A DNA stretch of 62,669 nt, the filler included, from Bonamia ostreae (taxonomy: Eukaryota), in NCBI GenBank assembly GCA_040357525.1. It is 41 parts of 41 records of this genome, joined end to end, with 100 filler letters (N's around TTAATTAATTAA, not from the genome) between each part and the next. Parts side by side here need not be neighbours in the genome. Positions count along the whole stretch, not along the records: positions 1 to 1,439 come from JBDODL010001807.1; positions 1,540 to 2,978 come from JBDODL010001808.1; positions 3,079 to 4,517 come from JBDODL010001809.1; positions 4,618 to 6,056 come from JBDODL010001810.1; positions 6,157 to 7,594 come from JBDODL010001811.1; positions 7,695 to 9,132 come from JBDODL010001812.1; positions 9,233 to 10,670 come from JBDODL010001813.1; positions 10,771 to 12,207 come from JBDODL010001814.1; 33 more parts are not named here. One strand, 5' to 3'. Under the pieces are notes generated by a model. That model did no database searches. It worked only from the letters and a program-made list of their open reading frames with translations, and was not told where the DNA came from. This document shows, in pieces, positions 1 through 11,093 of the stretch. Both the position numbers and the translations under genes were made by a program. Position 1 is the stretch's first letter. The number at the start of each line of letters is the position of its first letter.

Positions 1-136
1 GATACAAAATATCTTTTATATTTCTTTCCTATATCACCAAAATGGTTCAAAGCACCGGTAATATATCTTTAATTTTATTTTTATCAATCATAAAATTTAT
101 CAGAACATTTTTCAAGTACTCCAAATGATAATTCAA

Positions 137-1140
137 TTACAATTTTTGCGTTTTTTCAAATTGTCCGGGGCCTCTTTTTTCGTCGATCAATTCCATTATC
201 TTTTTTTCTTCTTCGCTTTTTTTGATTTTATTTTCGTCGATGTCATTTGAATCAGTTTGAATATTTTTGTCGTTCCATTGTTCAATTTTCGAAGCCATTT
301 TTCTGATTTCGTCATTCTTTTTGTTGATCATTTCTTCATATTTTAATTGCAGTTCTTTTAAGCTTTGCTCCTTTTTTTTCAAATTTTCAATTGTTTCTTC
401 TTTTTCTTTGTTTATTTCTAATTTTGAAATTTGCGAAACCTTTAAATTGGTCCAAACTTAAAAAAATGTTGTTTTTGAATTTTTGGGAATAATCGAATTC
501 CATTCTGGACGCGTTTTTTCTATCCGCGATTTGTTCTTTCCGCAATTTTATAATTTCGTTTTTCAATTCGCTATTTTCTTTTTTTAGAATTTCCATCTTT
601 CGCAATTTTGAAATTTTAAAACATTTTTATCAAAATTTTCTTTTGGACGATCACTTTTGACTTTTTCACAATTGCTTTTTTCTTTGTTTTCAGACAAAAA
701 ATTTTGATTGTCCAAATTTCTTATTTTATCTCTGAAAAGAATATTTTCAATCATCAATTTTTCCAATTTTTCTTCATAATCATTTTTGAGCTTCAGAATG
801 TCCGATATCGACTTGTTTTCGGACTTTTCAACCGCTTTTATCGAAATCTCTTTTGGAAATGACGACCCGTCAATATCACAATCCTCAGTTATTTCCAGCT
901 TAAAATTAGAAAAAATTGCACTTGTTTTTTGTAAATCGATTCTAAAGTCCAAAAATAGCCAAATTTTTGATTTTGGCCAAATCTGATTAACATCCAAAGA
1001 GCGCCTTCGTAGAAAATTCGGGCGACGCATTTCAAAGAAGGATCATTTAAATTCGCAGAAGGATGCCAAAAATTTCTGATGCACCATTCCAGACGCGATT
1101 TGTTGCTGCTAAGATTTTCTGCCAAATTAAGAAGGTCGTT
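137..1140 (-). CDS. Hypothetical coiled-coil protein (protist, multi-exon, 5' partial)
   Basis: K/E-rich ORF segments join in frame after removing GT-AG introns at 597-622 and 418-439, and probably one at about 943-992. Confidence 0.6.
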
Positions 1141-1185
1141 ATTTTTCGCCGACTTTTATGAAAATAGCAAATTTTGTTGCTCAGT

Positions 1186-1439
1186 TTTTGTCAAAATTGT
1201 GTAGAAAATGATTTAAAATATCGCAATTTTGTATTTTTTGTCAAAATTGTGTAAAAATGATTTAAAATATCGCAATTTTGCATTTTTTTGTCAAAATTGT
1301 GTAGAAAATGATTTAAATTATCGCAAATTTGCATTTTTTAATAAAAATTGTGTAAAAATGATTTAAAATATCGCAATTTTGCAGTTTTTTAATAAAAATT
1401 GTGTAAAAATGATTTAAAATATCGCAATTTTGCAGTTTT
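1186..1439. repeat. AT-rich tandem repeat, ~50-52 bp unit
   Basis: About 5 copies of tcaaaattgtgta(g)aaaatgatttaaaatatcgcaattttg up to the contig end. Confidence 0.9.
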
Positions 1440-1539
1440 NNNNNNNNNNNNNNNNNNNNNNNNNNNNNNNNNNNNNNNNNNNNTTAATTAATTAANNNNN
1501 NNNNNNNNNNNNNNNNNNNNNNNNNNNNNNNNNNNNNNN
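1440..1539. other. Artificial contig spacer (44 N + TTAATTAATTAA + 44 N); first of 40 identical spacers
   Basis: Identical 100-nt block recurs about every 1.53 kb; the linker has stops in all six frames; contig lengths fall monotonically from 1439 to 1422 bp. Confidence 0.99.
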
Positions 1540-1991
1540 TACGTAATATAAAAATGTTGTAATTTTATAATCTTTTTCGTGAATATATTATAATCTTTTT
1601 TGCCATATAACAGAAACTTAAAAAAAATTCTGTATTTAAAAATTTAAAATTTCGAAAAAATCGCTTAGAGAAATTGTTTTTATTGTAAAAGATGGAAATT
1701 GTTTGTTTAGGGCATGCTATATCATTTTTTATGGCGCAGTGAAGCTTAATTTTTTTGTGAATTGTTTTTTATTGAAAAATTGAATTTTTCTTGTAAAGGG
1801 GAAATTTTCATGCAGATATAAGCTCATTTTGAACATAAAAAATAAGGCTTAAACTGCCGCACAAAATTATTCAAATGAATGTTTTTGGGTGCTCTTAATA
1901 TTGTGGCTTATATCGGGAATATATTTATGTACTTTGTTTTTGAAATTAGGAAAAGCTACTTTAGTTTTTCCTAATAATTTATTGCAAAAAT

Positions 1992-2978
1992 TTATATTTG
2001 AATATCAGTCAAATTTTTCAAGTTTGTGTCGTTGAGGATGTCATTGAGCGATAAATTAAGCTGTTTGCTCTTTTCGTAGACTTTTGTAATGGATTTGTCG
2101 AATATGGCCATCGAAGAGGTTTTTAGAACTTCCATACAGTTTTTAAGTCGCACTACTTTTTCAAACAATTCAGCAAAACGTTCTTTTGATCTTTCTTCTC
2201 CGTTTTCCGGGTCGGATATGCTGATCCATATTCTTCCGTTCAGTCCTTTTTTAATTATAGGTTCAAACTTTTTCACTATAATTTCGGACATTTTAACCAG
2301 AATTTTGCTAATTTTAATATAAAAGTCACGTAACCAGAACGTGGCATTAAAATCCGCGACCATATAAAATAATGTCGGAATCAAATTAACTAACCTACCA
2401 CTATGTTTATTTGGTCAAACGGGTTAATAAATTGAGACTTCATTTTTCGTATTTGAACATGGGGAACAGTGACTAAGCAACCGTTTTTTAACTATTTATT
2501 GTCTTGAACAAAACCATTCCATATTTTACAGATCGAGTTTGGAGGTTTATTGAATCGTTTTGATGCATTTTCTGTATCTCTGCCGAGATCAAGTCACCTT
2601 CTTTGAAAATGTTCCGGATTTGGGATTCGTCAATGACGGTCTTTCTGTCCTTTAAGTATTTGAATTTCAACTTGAAAGCTCCCAGGAACAAATAAAGAAT
2701 TAACTAAAAGAGTCGCGTTGAACTTGCCGTTAATGTCAATTTTCCAGCCCCTATCGTTGACTTCTAAAACTCTACCAACGATGACATCGCCTACGTTCCC
2801 GATGTATCTAGAATTGATCGGTCTGACCGACACAAGTTTATTTGTCCGTTCTATGTATCCAGATATATTTGAAATGAGTTTTCCGTTTACCAATGATGTT
2901 CCATGACCTCTTAAAATCACTATTTATTACCTTATAAATCCTTCTTCGTGCACAGTCTGCTCTCCTGGTTGGGTATAT
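1992..2978 (-). CDS. RRP4: Exosome complex component RRP4 (5' partial, 4 introns)
   Basis: Spliced protein contains GFIRGHGT, RYIGNVGDVIVGRV, EGDLISAEIQ, LQTRSVKYG, GLNGRIWI; introns 2910-2930, 2650-2671, 2492-2514, 2246-2394. Confidence 0.95.
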
Positions 2979-3078
2979 NNNNNNNNNNNNNNNNNNNNNN
3001 NNNNNNNNNNNNNNNNNNNNNNTTAATTAATTAANNNNNNNNNNNNNNNNNNNNNNNNNNNNNNNNNNNNNNNNNNNN

Positions 3079-3325
3079 CCCCTGTGCGGTTGGACCCGTC
3101 GCAAATAAACAATGACCACCAACTCCTCTCTCGTGCGGTTGGACACGTCGCATTTGAGAAAGCGAAAACAACCCTTTCTTGTGCGGTGGTTTCGCGCGGT
3201 TGGACCCGTCGCTTTTGGAGATTGTAAAAAATTTAATTTCTCGTGCGGTGGTTTCGCGCGGTTGGAACCGTCGCATTTGAGAGATTGTAAAAAATTTAAT
3301 TTCTCGTGCGGTGGTTTCGCGCGTG
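3079..3325. repeat. GC-rich tandem repeat (~62 bp unit, core gcggttggacccgtcgc) overlapping the 3' end of the GT60 gene
   Basis: Four core copies; gtgcggtggtttcgcgcg recurs at 3181, 3243 and 3306. Confidence 0.85.
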
Positions 3326-4517
3326 AAACCGCCCCGAATACACTTCTTGGCTCAAATTTTTGCACTCTTTTGTTACAGGGTCGATCCCGAGCAAGTGGTA
3401 ATATTGCTCCAAAGAGCGTTTCGTCCCCATCGAATACAGTCCGATTTGCCTCAGATCGGCTGGGAATTCGTTGTCGGGTGCCATTTTGAACAGATATCGC
3501 AGCCTGGCGCTGCTGCGCTTTCCCTCTCGCTGCGTTCTTTCAAAGTTGACTTTCCAAAAAGAGGGCCGTTTTTCGTCCTTTTTGTCGGCGTAGAAGTGAA
3601 AGACGATGTCTTCGGAGGGCGCGTAAAAATCGTATCCGTGTGTCCAGAGACGGGTGGTCATGTTAATCTCCTCGCCGTCGAAGATGTGCGGCAGAAAAGG
3701 GTCGTTTTTGACTAGTCGAACACGGTCTGCTTTCGAAAAAGAGAATCCGCCGCCGAACATGGGCACCATTAAGGGCATTTGGGGGTCTGCGAGGGGATTG
3801 TGGATTTGGGCCGCGTTCTTTATTCGAGGCATTCCGTATTTGCCCTTTTGTAAAATAAATTAGATTCAGACGAACATTAAAATAATAAATTTGTTCTTTG
3901 TCGATTTGACCAACATGAAATATTTCAAAATGAAAAAACTTCAAAAGTAAACTGTCCAAAAGCCACAATAAGATTATCGATACCAATATTATCTTTTGTT
4001 ACCATGCTTTTTTCAACATCTCTCGGATAACTGGTTATTATTGCCATCTCGTTTCCAATTCGATACCACATTTTTAGTACCTTTTCGTCCCAATGGCGCG
4101 TAAACAATGAATGGCAATCTATTTGCATCGCAAAATCTTCATCTCCGCCTTTAATTGTTGTTACAATGATTTCTTTGTTGCAACATTAATTTTTTAAGTG
4201 CAAAATCTATGCTCAAATCAACCAATCATTTGATCTTGCATCGATCTAGCCCACAATGGTCCTTTCGCTTCTATCTCGCTTACTCTCCAAACACGGATTT
4301 GGTGTTTTCTTGAACAAATCGGATGTTTTTCTTTGTTTTCTTGTTTAAAAATCAAAACTTTCTGTGGCGAAGCACACTTTGGAAAAATCAGCGCAATCCA
4401 AATCCCTTGGATGGTTCTGTTGGAAAATGGCAAATCTCACTCTGTCTGGACACATCGCCATTTCCATCGCCGACAATATTGTACTTTTTGTCATTGTAAC
4501 AATAATTATTGTCCCTT
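3296..4517 (-). CDS. GT60-family polypeptide/Skp1 N-acetylglucosaminyltransferase (Gnt1/Gnt2-like), partial
   Basis: Motifs AKGPLWAR, MQIDCHSLF, IITSYP, FGGGFSFS, DPFLPHIFDGEE, RLWTHGYDFYAP, typical of the 'GlcNAc' (GT60) family. Confidence 0.85.
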
Positions 4518-4933
4518 NNNNNNNNNNNNNNNNNNNNNNNNNNNNNNNNNNNNNNNNNNNNTTAATTAATTAANNNNNNNNNNNNNNNNNNNNNNNNNNN
4601 NNNNNNNNNNNNNNNNNCATTTCTAGATAAGATCAATGGAAATTGATATATTTTATACTTTCAATTTGACTTAAGTAACTTTTTAAATCTTCTACTTACA
4701 AAAAACTACCGTTTGAATAATAACTAATATTTTATTTTGTAAAATGATCAAATTGTTAGAAGTTAGCATTTTCTTGAACCCAAATTGAAAGTTTGGAAGT
4801 CGTTTTTCATCATCAAATGACATTTTGTTTGATTTTCAAAAATTTAAGATTTGTAACTCAGACGGTTCAAAATTGCAGATATTCTGTTCATTTTTTAAAA
4901 CAAACCGCTCTGTATAAAAAGTGTGGACATCAT

Positions 4934-5734
4934 TTAATAAACAATTAACTGCACATTCTTTGGCAAACAACATTTAAAATATCCTATTAGAAATACAGCA
5001 AAAGACAATAACAAAGAACATACCGACAACGGAAGCACAGATGTCTGGAAAACAGTTTTTTCGTAATATTCCAAAAAATTTGTAGAGTCGTGTCCCGACA
5101 ATTCAGAAGAAACACCACATCTCCCGTTGGCCAATGCAGTTCCTTCGACGCATTCGATTTCAAAGTAATTTTTCCCGTTGCTCAAAAGTCCTTCGGGGCA
5201 AAGCACATACGCTTTGTCCAAAAACAAGTTATTTTCAAAATTGCTGAAAAAAGTGCTCCCGTCTTTCGGATCTTCATAGAAGCAATGGCTTAGAATTTGT
5301 TCTTTAGATAGTTCGAACGTTTTGTTTGGATCACTTATTTTGCACGTTTCTTTAGAATATGTGACTGGCATTTTTGAGTCTGCAATTCCGTACATTAATT
5401 TTTTTACATGACACTCTATTTTATTTTTAAATATTTTTAAAGGTCAAATAAGAAAAGTTTCAAATTAAAAAAAAAAACTTGATGTGAACAAAGACCTATG
5501 GTTTGCTAAAACACCATTTTTGCATCGCTTCCTATAAACTCCATCAAACACATCAATCAGAGGATAAATTCCCCCAAACGTCTTTTCAATTTCGATTTCA
5601 CAAAACTCGCCTTCGTCGACAAATTCAGGGCATTTTTCTAAATTGAAGAGATTACTTTCGATATTAGGGTCGAACAAAATATCGCTTCGGTTGCATTTAG
5701 CAACAAAGATTTTGAGGAAATATAAAAAAATCAT
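4934..5734 (-). CDS. Cys-rich type I membrane/surface protein (possibly sushi/CCP-like), 2 exons
   Basis: Hydrophobic N-terminus MIFLYFLKIFVAKC, spaced cysteines, C-terminal TM (VLPLSVCSLLLSFAVFLIGYF) followed by CC; the two ORFs join in frame via a GT-AG intron at about 5415-5478. Confidence 0.6.
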
Positions 5735-7774
5735 TTTTAAAGCGTCAGGGTTGAATGTTTTTACCTTTCAATATAATTTTGCTGCGATGCAAGTTTATTC
5801 TCATATTTTAATCATTTCTTTTTCTATGTGCACTTTTTTGCCCAAAAACTGCTTTTATTCTCACTTTTAGTAAGACGAGTTAGGGAGGGAAAACTCATGG
5901 CTCTACTGGAGACAAAATCTAGCGCAGGACTCAGACAAGACTTCCTGCCGACATGAGAAGACATCAACAAAATTGAAACTTTGTAAAATTTCTTCGTTCA
6001 AATTTGTAAAATAAATTTTTTATATAATGGTTTCGTTTTTTCTACATCGATCAACANNNNNNNNNNNNNNNNNNNNNNNNNNNNNNNNNNNNNNNNNNNN
6101 TTAATTAATTAANNNNNNNNNNNNNNNNNNNNNNNNNNNNNNNNNNNNNNNNNNNNACAGAATAATCCTTTGTCAAAATCAGTGTGGGGACAACGGCTTG
6201 ACGATATGATGAAATGGATAAAAGAGATAACATATAGATAGTATACACAAGCCAGATTACACCATATACACGATATCTAAATCACAAGACAGATCACGCT
6301 ATACATACGGTGTCACATGACTTGAGAAGATGGATATCATATTGAGATTTTAGAGGTAAGCCAGAAATATATACACATTACGGCAAATTGCTTTAAATCT
6401 CAATATTTTAAATGTATGGAAAATATTTGGTTGAATGTTCAAAATCAGTACAAAAATAGTACATGCAAGTACATGTATATGACCCAGTGTAAGAGAATGT
6501 TGTCTTATGACATAACGTCAAAATACGCAGCGAACGTTATCAACCTCAAAAACATAGCGCGACATATGTATTTCTATTGACGTTCTAAATATGTTGAGCA
6601 TATTCCGGACTTATACACACCTAGTGAATTTTACTTAACGTTTTTGTTAATAGCAGTCGATATGGAAAAGAATCAGGTTGGAATTTCAGGAATGTACATG
6701 TATTATGTCTTTAATTACATGTTCATATATTTGTTGATGCAATTAAAATATTTTGTAATTGATAAACCGATTAGATTTGTCGTTGATATTCCATTGTAAA
6801 TATTATCGTTCGGTGCTGTAATAAAACAATGTCAAAGTCCACATAGTATAATGTACCTCAACAATGAATTTGAAATAAAACAAAATTAATTTAAAGATTG
6901 GTTAAGTTATACCAGATCAAACTACCAACAGATGAGTAATGTCCAGAATGTCGAGCAGAGCGTTGTCATACAATGTACCAAGTTTTACAATATAAGAATA
7001 CATAAGTACATAGAACAATAATTAAAGTTTTGAATTTTGTACATCTTGGAAACGAATGGGAAAAGACCGGTGCTACTCTATTTTCGCGATATAAAAATGA
7101 AACCAAACCTGGTCGAATGAGCGAAGGTATTAATTCACAATCGAAGCTGAAATTGAAAAAAAAAATGACATTGCGACGTACTGATTGATTTATATGCATA
7201 TAACATACTATTACAGATATTCCGACTTCCCCATTGGTTTGTGTCATGATTATGCTCAAAATATCGACGAACAGTTTTGTCATAGACGACTTTGAAATAT
7301 AAAAACAAAGATATTAAAAAAAAACCACCAACTACATGTCCATTTGAAGACATAAACAAATGAATAAAAAGGCGTAAATAAGTATGTAAAGGTACATTTA
7401 GATAATATAAAATCGATTGTTATCTAAAAGAGATTAGACGAACTATTATTAGCTCGCGTACTTATGCAAAGTTTAATAGCAATATTCCAGTAGTGATACA
7501 AATCAAGTGATTTGTTAAAGATGAGGATAGTGGATTCCAGGAATAAATAACATTATAATTGGTTGGTTTTGTATCATTTAACATCCCGCTCTAGNNNNNN
7601 NNNNNNNNNNNNNNNNNNNNNNNNNNNNNNNNNNNNNNTTAATTAATTAANNNNNNNNNNNNNNNNNNNNNNNNNNNNNNNNNNNNNNNNNNNNTTTTTG
7701 AAAATTAGCCAAAAATATTTATTCTAAACATATTAAAATTTTAGCCAAAAATATCAAGAATGATAGTTTTCGCA

Positions 7775-8806
7775 ATGAAATGGATTTTTTTCTTTTCGAT
7801 TTTATTTGTTATTTTCGTATTTTTGTTTTCTTTCGCCATTCGTTTCTATCTAAATATGCTCGTTTTCACTTAAATTTTTTCTGCAATTATTCAAATTTAA
7901 AATTTTGCAAAATCATTCATTTGTTAAAAAGACGAAAGAAAACCCAAAAATCAGAGTTCCAAACTTCCAAAAATGTGAAAATAAAAAAGATTCGAAAATA
8001 ATAATTGTCGGCGCTGGGGTCGTCGGCAGTACATTGGCCATTTCGTTGGCTAAACAAGGGAGAGAGATCGTTGTCATTGAACGCGCCATTGGCGAAAACG
8101 TAGACAAAAAGAGAATTATTGGAGAATTGCTACAGCCCAGCGGAGTACTTTTGTTGCGGCAATTGGGGCTTTCACGTGATTTTTTTAAATTTAAAAAGAC
8201 GTTTTGTCGTTCAAAGAAAAATCGACGATAAACGGTTATCAAATAATCTTCGAAAAGAAAACAATAAATTGTCAATATCCAAAACAAAACAATCTCTTCT
8301 TCAACGGAATCGGGTTTCACAATTATCGACTTGTGCAAAATTTGCGCGACGAATTCAAAAATTATCCCAAGTTTAAAATCATTTTTATTGTACAAAAATG
8401 AAGTATAAAAGTGATAGAAGGAACAGCAAATAAATTGATAAAAGAAAAAAATGTCGTGAAAGGAGTGAAATATAAAAAAATTGCAAAATTTGAAAAAAGC
8501 GCACGTGAAAATTTTAAATCGGAATTTGCAGATTTTGTTATTGTGTGCGACGGATGTTTCTCGATATTTAGGAATTTGCCACAAAAGAAATCTGTTTACA
8601 CGCGAGTTTTGTTTTACGCAATTTTGTAAATGGTTTGCAAAATTTACGATTTTAAAAATGTCCAAAATATTTGGATAATTTGTCGATTCGTAATATTAAC
8701 ACAAAAGGGAAGTTTTCTGGGAATTTGCCTCAAAAATTGCAAACTTGAAGAGGACAAAAAAGCGATATTGATCATTAATGATCCAAATAATGTCTTAATT
8801 TATCCT
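7775..8806 (+). CDS. SQLE: Squalene monooxygenase/epoxidase (3' partial)
   Basis: N-terminal TM (MKWIFFFSILFVIFVFLF), IIIVGAGVVG FAD motif, RIIGELLQPSG, GIGFHNYRLV, IVCDGCFSIFR; introns 7862-7931, 8176-8198, 8371-8403. Confidence 0.9.
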
Positions 8807-8819
8807 GTTTATTATAAAA

Positions 8820-9132
8820 ACGAAAATTGCTTTTTTTGATAAATCGTTTTTGTTTAATTTTCGAAAAAATGCTTTTTAATTTAATCGTTTTATGTTAAAA
8901 TTTCGAAAAATGAAAATCGCTTTTTTTGTTTAAAGTTTTAAAAACGAAAAAATGAAAATTGTTTTTTTGATAAATCGTTTTTTGTTTAAATTTCGAAAAA
9001 TGAAAATCGCTTTTTTTGTTTAAAGTTTTAAAAACGAAAAAATGAAAATTGTTTTTTTGATAAATCGTTTTTTGTTTAAATTTCGAAAAATGAAAATCGC
9101 TTTTTTTGTTTAAAGTTTTAAAAACGAAAAAA
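8820..9132. repeat. AT-rich tandem repeat, 90 bp unit, probably intronic
   Basis: aaaacgaaaaaa recurs at 8941, 9031 and 9121; degenerate copies upstream start just after a putative GT donor. Confidence 0.85.
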
Positions 9133-9232
9133 NNNNNNNNNNNNNNNNNNNNNNNNNNNNNNNNNNNNNNNNNNNNTTAATTAATTAANNNNNNNNNNNN
9201 NNNNNNNNNNNNNNNNNNNNNNNNNNNNNNNN

Positions 9233-9306
9233 ACACCTTTAGGTATCATTCTACCACTAACCTCTTTATCCATCTTACCCTTTACAAAGTCATTAACTAA
9301 TTTCAT
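9233..9306 (-). CDS. N-terminus of a crAss-like/Bacteroidetes phage tail stabilisation ('muzzle') protein, partial
   Basis: MKLVNDFVKGKMDKEVSGRMIPKG resembles the F.KGKMNKD...R..P.G N-terminus of this family; starts 2 nt after the upstream stop. Confidence 0.7.
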
Positions 9307-9308
9307 CC

Positions 9309-10670
9309 TTAAAGCATTTTGTTGTATCCAACATCAGAACCAAGCTTTTGAATTATCTCCCCTGGCTTAGTGAACATTCTTCTTTGTGACTTTCTTACTT
9401 CATTATAAAATTCCCTTCTAGCAGATTCTTTTTCTACTCTAGGAACGTTTCTTAATTTATCTATATATCTATGATATATTCCAGCTTCAAGTGCAGTCTG
9501 GAAGTATTTATGTATCCTTAATTTCCTTGGGTCTTTCTCTGCTGCAATAGGGTCAGAAAGATATTCTATTACTACATGAGTAAATTCTGATGGTATTCCA
9601 TCAAGTAAAAATTCTCTAGCTTGAGAATCATATCTATATGCTCCTGTATAAGATTGTTGACCACCTTTTATGCCATATAATGCATTATCATATATGAAAT
9701 CCCCATCTACTGTTGGACTTGCTAACCAATATTTTTTTGAACCATTAGACACTTCACTGCTTCTAGTTCCTTGTGCTTTTATTGGATAACCTAAGTTATC
9801 AACTATTATTTCTCCATCTTGATCTTTGATATATTTCTGAGAGATATTAAGTTTTTTATTTACAAATAGTGGTAATAAAATTCCTGAAGGTGATACTAAA
9901 GATAATCTTACAAAGTCAACAAAATCCACTGGAGGTATTACTTTATTTGCTGTGCTTATCTCAGCTTCATATACTCTTAATTCACGTTCACAATCGTAAC
10001 TTAAATCTTGAATAAGTCTCTTAGCTAATAACAAAGCATGGAATCTATTTATTCCTTGCAAGTAAGAATCTCCATTAATAGATTCTATCATTATATTATC
10101 AATAATATCTTTTAAAAAGACAGACTGTGAATCACTGTCTGATGATTCTTGAGTAACTATAAGAGATTTAGTAACTAATAAATCTTCCTTCAGAGTTAAT
10201 ATAAAAGTATCAGATAAATCTACATATCTATCATTTCTATTTACTGATACTGTTATCTCCGTTGTAAAATTTGCATTAGCAGCTAGTAAAATAGAACCCC
10301 ACAATAAAGGTGCTATATCTTCCTTAGCAACCACATATACTATCTTATTTACACTATCTATTTTAAATACATATCCATACTCTAAATCATCTCCTACCGT
10401 GCTAGGTGGGAGTGGAGTAGTGTATGTCTCTTTCCTTATAGGTATTATTCCTAGTAAATCACTTTTACTATGAGAAGTGCATAATTTTGCTGTTGAACAT
10501 CCTATAGCTGTTGTCTCTGAATCTTCTGTCGAAGTCCAATATGAGGTATATTGTAAAGGACTTTTAGGTAATGATGATAAAGAATCTATTAAATCCTCAA
10601 ACTCATCTTGAGCAGGAAGATACCAGCCTATCTCTTCAGTATATAATGGTGGTACATAGTTAATAGCTGC
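9309..10670 (-). CDS. Phage tail tubular/ring protein with N-terminal DUF1566-like and BACON-like extensions (5' partial)
   Basis: Intronless frame open to the contig edge. The C-terminal ~270 aa (VFLKDIIDNIMIE...AKRLIQDLSYD...PVDFVDFVRLS...VVIEYLSD...IHKYFQTALEAGI) resemble crAss-like ring proteins; upstream GWYLPAQDEF...YWTSTE...IPIR is DUF1566-like. Confidence 0.8.
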   Translation of the reverse strand, partial: AAINYVPPLYTEEIGWYLPAQDEFEDLIDSLSSLPKSPLQYTSYWTSTEDSETTAIGCSTAKLCTSHSKSDLLGIIPIRKETYTTPLPPSTVGDDLEYGYVFKIDSVNKIVYVVAKEDIAPLLWGSILLAANANFTTEITVSVNRNDRYVDLSDTFILTLKEDLLVTKSLIVTQESSDSDSQSVFLKDIIDNIMIESINGDSYLQGINRFHALLLAKRLIQDLSYDCERELRVYEAEISTANKVIPPVDFVDFVRLSLVSPSGILLPLFVNKKLNISQKYIKDQDGEIIVDNLGYPIKAQGTRSSEVSNGSKKYWLASPTVDGDFIYDNALYGIKGGQQSYTGAYRYDSQAREFLLDGIPSEFTHVVIEYLSDPIAAEKDPRKLRIHKYFQTALEAGIYHRYIDKLRNVPRVEKESARREFYNEVRKSQRRMFTKPGEIIQKLGSDVGYNKML

Positions 10671-10967
10671 NNNNNNNNNNNNNNNNNNNNNNNNNNNNNN
10701 NNNNNNNNNNNNNNTTAATTAATTAANNNNNNNNNNNNNNNNNNNNNNNNNNNNNNNNNNNNNNNNNNNNACTTTAAACAGGAATGTTGAAACCCATGTA
10801 ACAAGGAACATTTATCGTCAGGCATGTTTTCTTTATCACAAATAGTACTGCAGTTTAGGTTTTCTACCTTTCATATATTCTTACATTCTTTGTGCAGTTT
10901 CAGTTTGTAAAGAAATTATATTGTTTATGAATAGAATAATCAATATTCAACATTAAACATGTTTTAG

Positions 10968-11093
10968 AGGGGCTGCGTTATCATTGAATGTCCGGAGGAA
11001 GTTATCTACGAAGAATGGGATCCATATCTTGCAACAGATATCCTGATATTCATTGTTGGTATTTCTGACAGTTGGGTTACAAAACCAGAAACG
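10968..11093 (+). CDS. Isolated metazoan-type exon, product unknown
   Basis: ttttag acceptor, open frame RGCVIIECPEEVIYEEWDPYLATDILIFIVG..., gtaaga donor. Confidence 0.4.

Noticed and set aside
3079-3325. CRISPR-like array
   Set aside because: Only four short cores, two spacers nearly identical, irregular period, eukaryotic context and no cas genes.
5870-5975. Possible structured ncRNA (RNase P/MRP-like GGAAAACUC motif)
   Set aside because: No convincing P4 partner; the minus strand has an open frame that could be the end of an upstream gene.
7913-8665. 250-aa minus-strand ORF
   Set aside because: Antisense shadow of the squalene epoxidase gene with no recognisable motifs.
10430-10670. Active diversity-generating retroelement
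   Set aside because: A DUF1566-like domain is present, but no reverse transcriptase or template/variable repeat pair is visible in this contig.
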